64,000 bases of DNA from Gemmatimonadales bacterium. Lineage in GTDB: Bacteria; Gemmatimonadota; Gemmatimonadetes; Gemmatimonadales; GWC2-71-9. The translations under genes and the position numbers were made by a program. The stretch is taken from positions 288,001-352,000 of the forward strand of contig JBBCJC010000005.1 of NCBI GenBank assembly GCA_037189525.1. The letters are read 5' to 3'. Numbering within the stretch: position 1 is the first letter of the stretch; each line of letters begins with the position of its first letter. Under the pieces are notes generated by a model. That model was not told the DNA's origin. It made no database searches and worked only from the letters and a program-made list of their open reading frames with translations. Positions 62,569-64,000 of this stretch are shown in pieces.

Positions 62569-64000
62569 ATGCGCATGCGCCTCCTGCTGCTCGTCCTGGC
62601 CGTTCTCGGTACCGCCCCGGCGTTGGCCGCCCAGGGGAACGATCGTTTTGCCCCGGTTCGGGCGACCATCAAACGGATCCTGGATTCGACCGGCACCCCG
62701 TCGATTGCCGTGGCCGTCTCCAAGGACGGCAAGGTCATCTGGGAGGAAGGATTCGGCTGGGCCAATCGCGAAAAGCGGATTCCGGCGACCGAGCACACCA
62801 TGTACTCCCTGGCCTCGATCTCCAAGCCGATCACGGCGACCGCCCTCATGGTCCTCGTCGATCGGGGCCTGGTCGCCCTGGATAAGCCCGCCAACGACTA
62901 CCTGGGAGTCGGTAAGATCACCGGCCTGGCCGGCGACGCCTCGGGGGCGACCGTGGCCCGGGTGCTGAGCCACACCGCCGGCCTGCCGCTCCACTACCGG
63001 TTCTTCTACGACAACCTTCCGTATGGCGCGCCGTCCATGGACGAGGCCATCGGGCGGTACGGCAACACGGTCTTTCCTCCGGGCCAGATCTACGAGTACT
63101 CGAACCTGGGCTATGGCATCATCGACCACATCGTCGAGCGAGTGGGCGGACAGACCTACGCCGACTTCATGCGGAGCGAGGTTTTCCTGCCCCTGGGCCT
63201 GACCCACACCACCATCGATATCGGCCCCGGACTCGAGGAGTATGCGGCGGAGCGGTATGACAACCGCGGCCGGCCGATTCCGTTCTACGCCTTCGACCAC
63301 GCCGGCGCCTCTGCGGTGTATTCGAGCGCGCACGACCTGGTCCGCTTCGGCATGTTCCACATGAAGAACAAGCTCCCCGGCCAGCGCCAGATCCTCAAGC
63401 CGGCCACGATCGACCTGATGCAGCAGCCGATTGCTCCGGCCAACTACGGCCTCGGGTGGAACACCAGCAGCGACCGGGGCCATCGCCGGTTTTCCCACAC
63501 CGGCGGTATGCCCGGAGTCTCGACGGTGCTCAACATGTATCCGGATCAGAACGTCACCATCACCGTGCTGACCAATGCCGGGCCCAGCGGACTGATTGCG
63601 CAGGAAATCGCGGCGGTGATGCTGCCGGGCTATGCCGATTCGCTCAAGGCCCAGCGCGCCCGCGGCCCCCAGCAGCCGCCCCGTCGGGAATTCACCCCGT
63701 CCGCCGACCTGGTCGGTGAATGGGTCGGCACGATGCGCACCTGGCAGCGGACCGTACCGCTCCGCCTGCTGGTCAAGCCCGACGGCGATATCCACGTCTG
63801 GCTGGGCTCGCAGCCTCGCGCCATTCTCAACTTCGTGTCGTTCAACAACGGCCGCCTCTCCGGACGGTTTGCCGGCACCATCCCGACGGATGACGCCCAG
63901 CTCTGGCGTCACGACATTCTCTTCGGCCTCTTGCACGGCAACGGCACGTTGCGCGGCGAGGCGAACGCCATGTCGACCGACGAGCTCAACATGGGATCGA
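62569..64000 (+). CDS. Serine hydrolase, beta-lactamase/S12 family, exported (partial; runs off the window)
   Basis: Manual translation: MRMRLLLLVLAVLGTAPALAAQGNDRF...YSLASISKPITAT...LSHTAGL...YEYSNLGY...SHTGGMPG; no stop before 64000. Confidence 0.9.
   Translation, partial: MRMRLLLLVLAVLGTAPALAAQGNDRFAPVRATIKRILDSTGTPSIAVAVSKDGKVIWEEGFGWANREKRIPATEHTMYSLASISKPITATALMVLVDRGLVALDKPANDYLGVGKITGLAGDASGATVARVLSHTAGLPLHYRFFYDNLPYGAPSMDEAIGRYGNTVFPPGQIYEYSNLGYGIIDHIVERVGGQTYADFMRSEVFLPLGLTHTTIDIGPGLEEYAAERYDNRGRPIPFYAFDHAGASAVYSSAHDLVRFGMFHMKNKLPGQRQILKPATIDLMQQPIAPANYGLGWNTSSDRGHRRFSHTGGMPGVSTVLNMYPDQNVTITVLTNAGPSGLIAQEIAAVMLPGYADSLKAQRARGPQQPPRREFTPSADLVGEWVGTMRTWQRTVPLRLLVKPDGDIHVWLGSQPRAILNFVSFNNGRLSGRFAGTIPTDDAQLWRHDILFGLLHGNGTLRGEANAMSTDELNMGS

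Noticed and set aside
62371..63936. 521-aa minus-strand ORF
   Set aside because: Antisense shadow of the plus-strand serine hydrolase starting at 62569, which has SxxK and YxN motifs
55322..64000. MBL-fold and beta-lactamase-family genes as antibiotic-resistance determinants
   Set aside because: Only generic fold motifs are present, the context is peptide catabolism and there is no mobile element; nothing supports beta-lactamase activity
1..64000. CRISPR arrays, tRNA/rRNA genes, IS elements/integrases, or a non-flagellar injectisome
   Set aside because: No regularly spaced repeats, RNA-gene signatures or transposase motifs were seen; the export genes sit with hook, rod, ring and flagellin genes and are therefore flagellar

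Overview
High-GC bacterial window. The gene style suggests Gemmatimonadota, but that is an inference I cannot verify here. Positions 1-29.9 kb hold a large flagellar cluster, almost all on the minus strand: a sigma54-dependent response regulator; flgB-flgC-orf-fliE-F-G-H-I-J-motE-like-fliK-flgD-flgE; fliL-M-N-(fliO/fliP fusion)-Q-R-flhB-A-F-G-fliA-orf; and flgF-G-A-H-I, running off the left edge. It also has a lone plus-strand flgL and a fliC-orf-flbT-flaF filament module of alphaproteobacterial type. Positions 30.0-50.7 kb are one tightly coupled ~20.7-kb minus-strand operon that looks like a flagellin-glycosylation island. It encodes a pseudaminic-acid pathway (pseB, pseC, pseG, pseH-like GNAT, pseI, SpsF-type cytidylyltransferase) and a second tailoring set (methylase, Gfo/Idh/MocA oxidoreductase, GT-B protein, DegT aminotransferase, methyltransferase, GNAT, second cytidylyltransferase). 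It also encodes FIVE paralogous TPR + GT-B (FlmG/FlbA-like) glycosyltransferases. flgM and a single-domain response regulator follow divergently. Four sigma54 promoters with IHF-like and enhancer-like sites and three sigma28 promoters can be read directly from the sequence. Positions 51.9-64 kb carry peptide/amino-acid catabolic genes (M55, M20, SolA-like, MBL-fold, DadA-like, S9, MFS, two serine hydrolases). No rRNA, tRNA, CRISPR or mobile element was seen.
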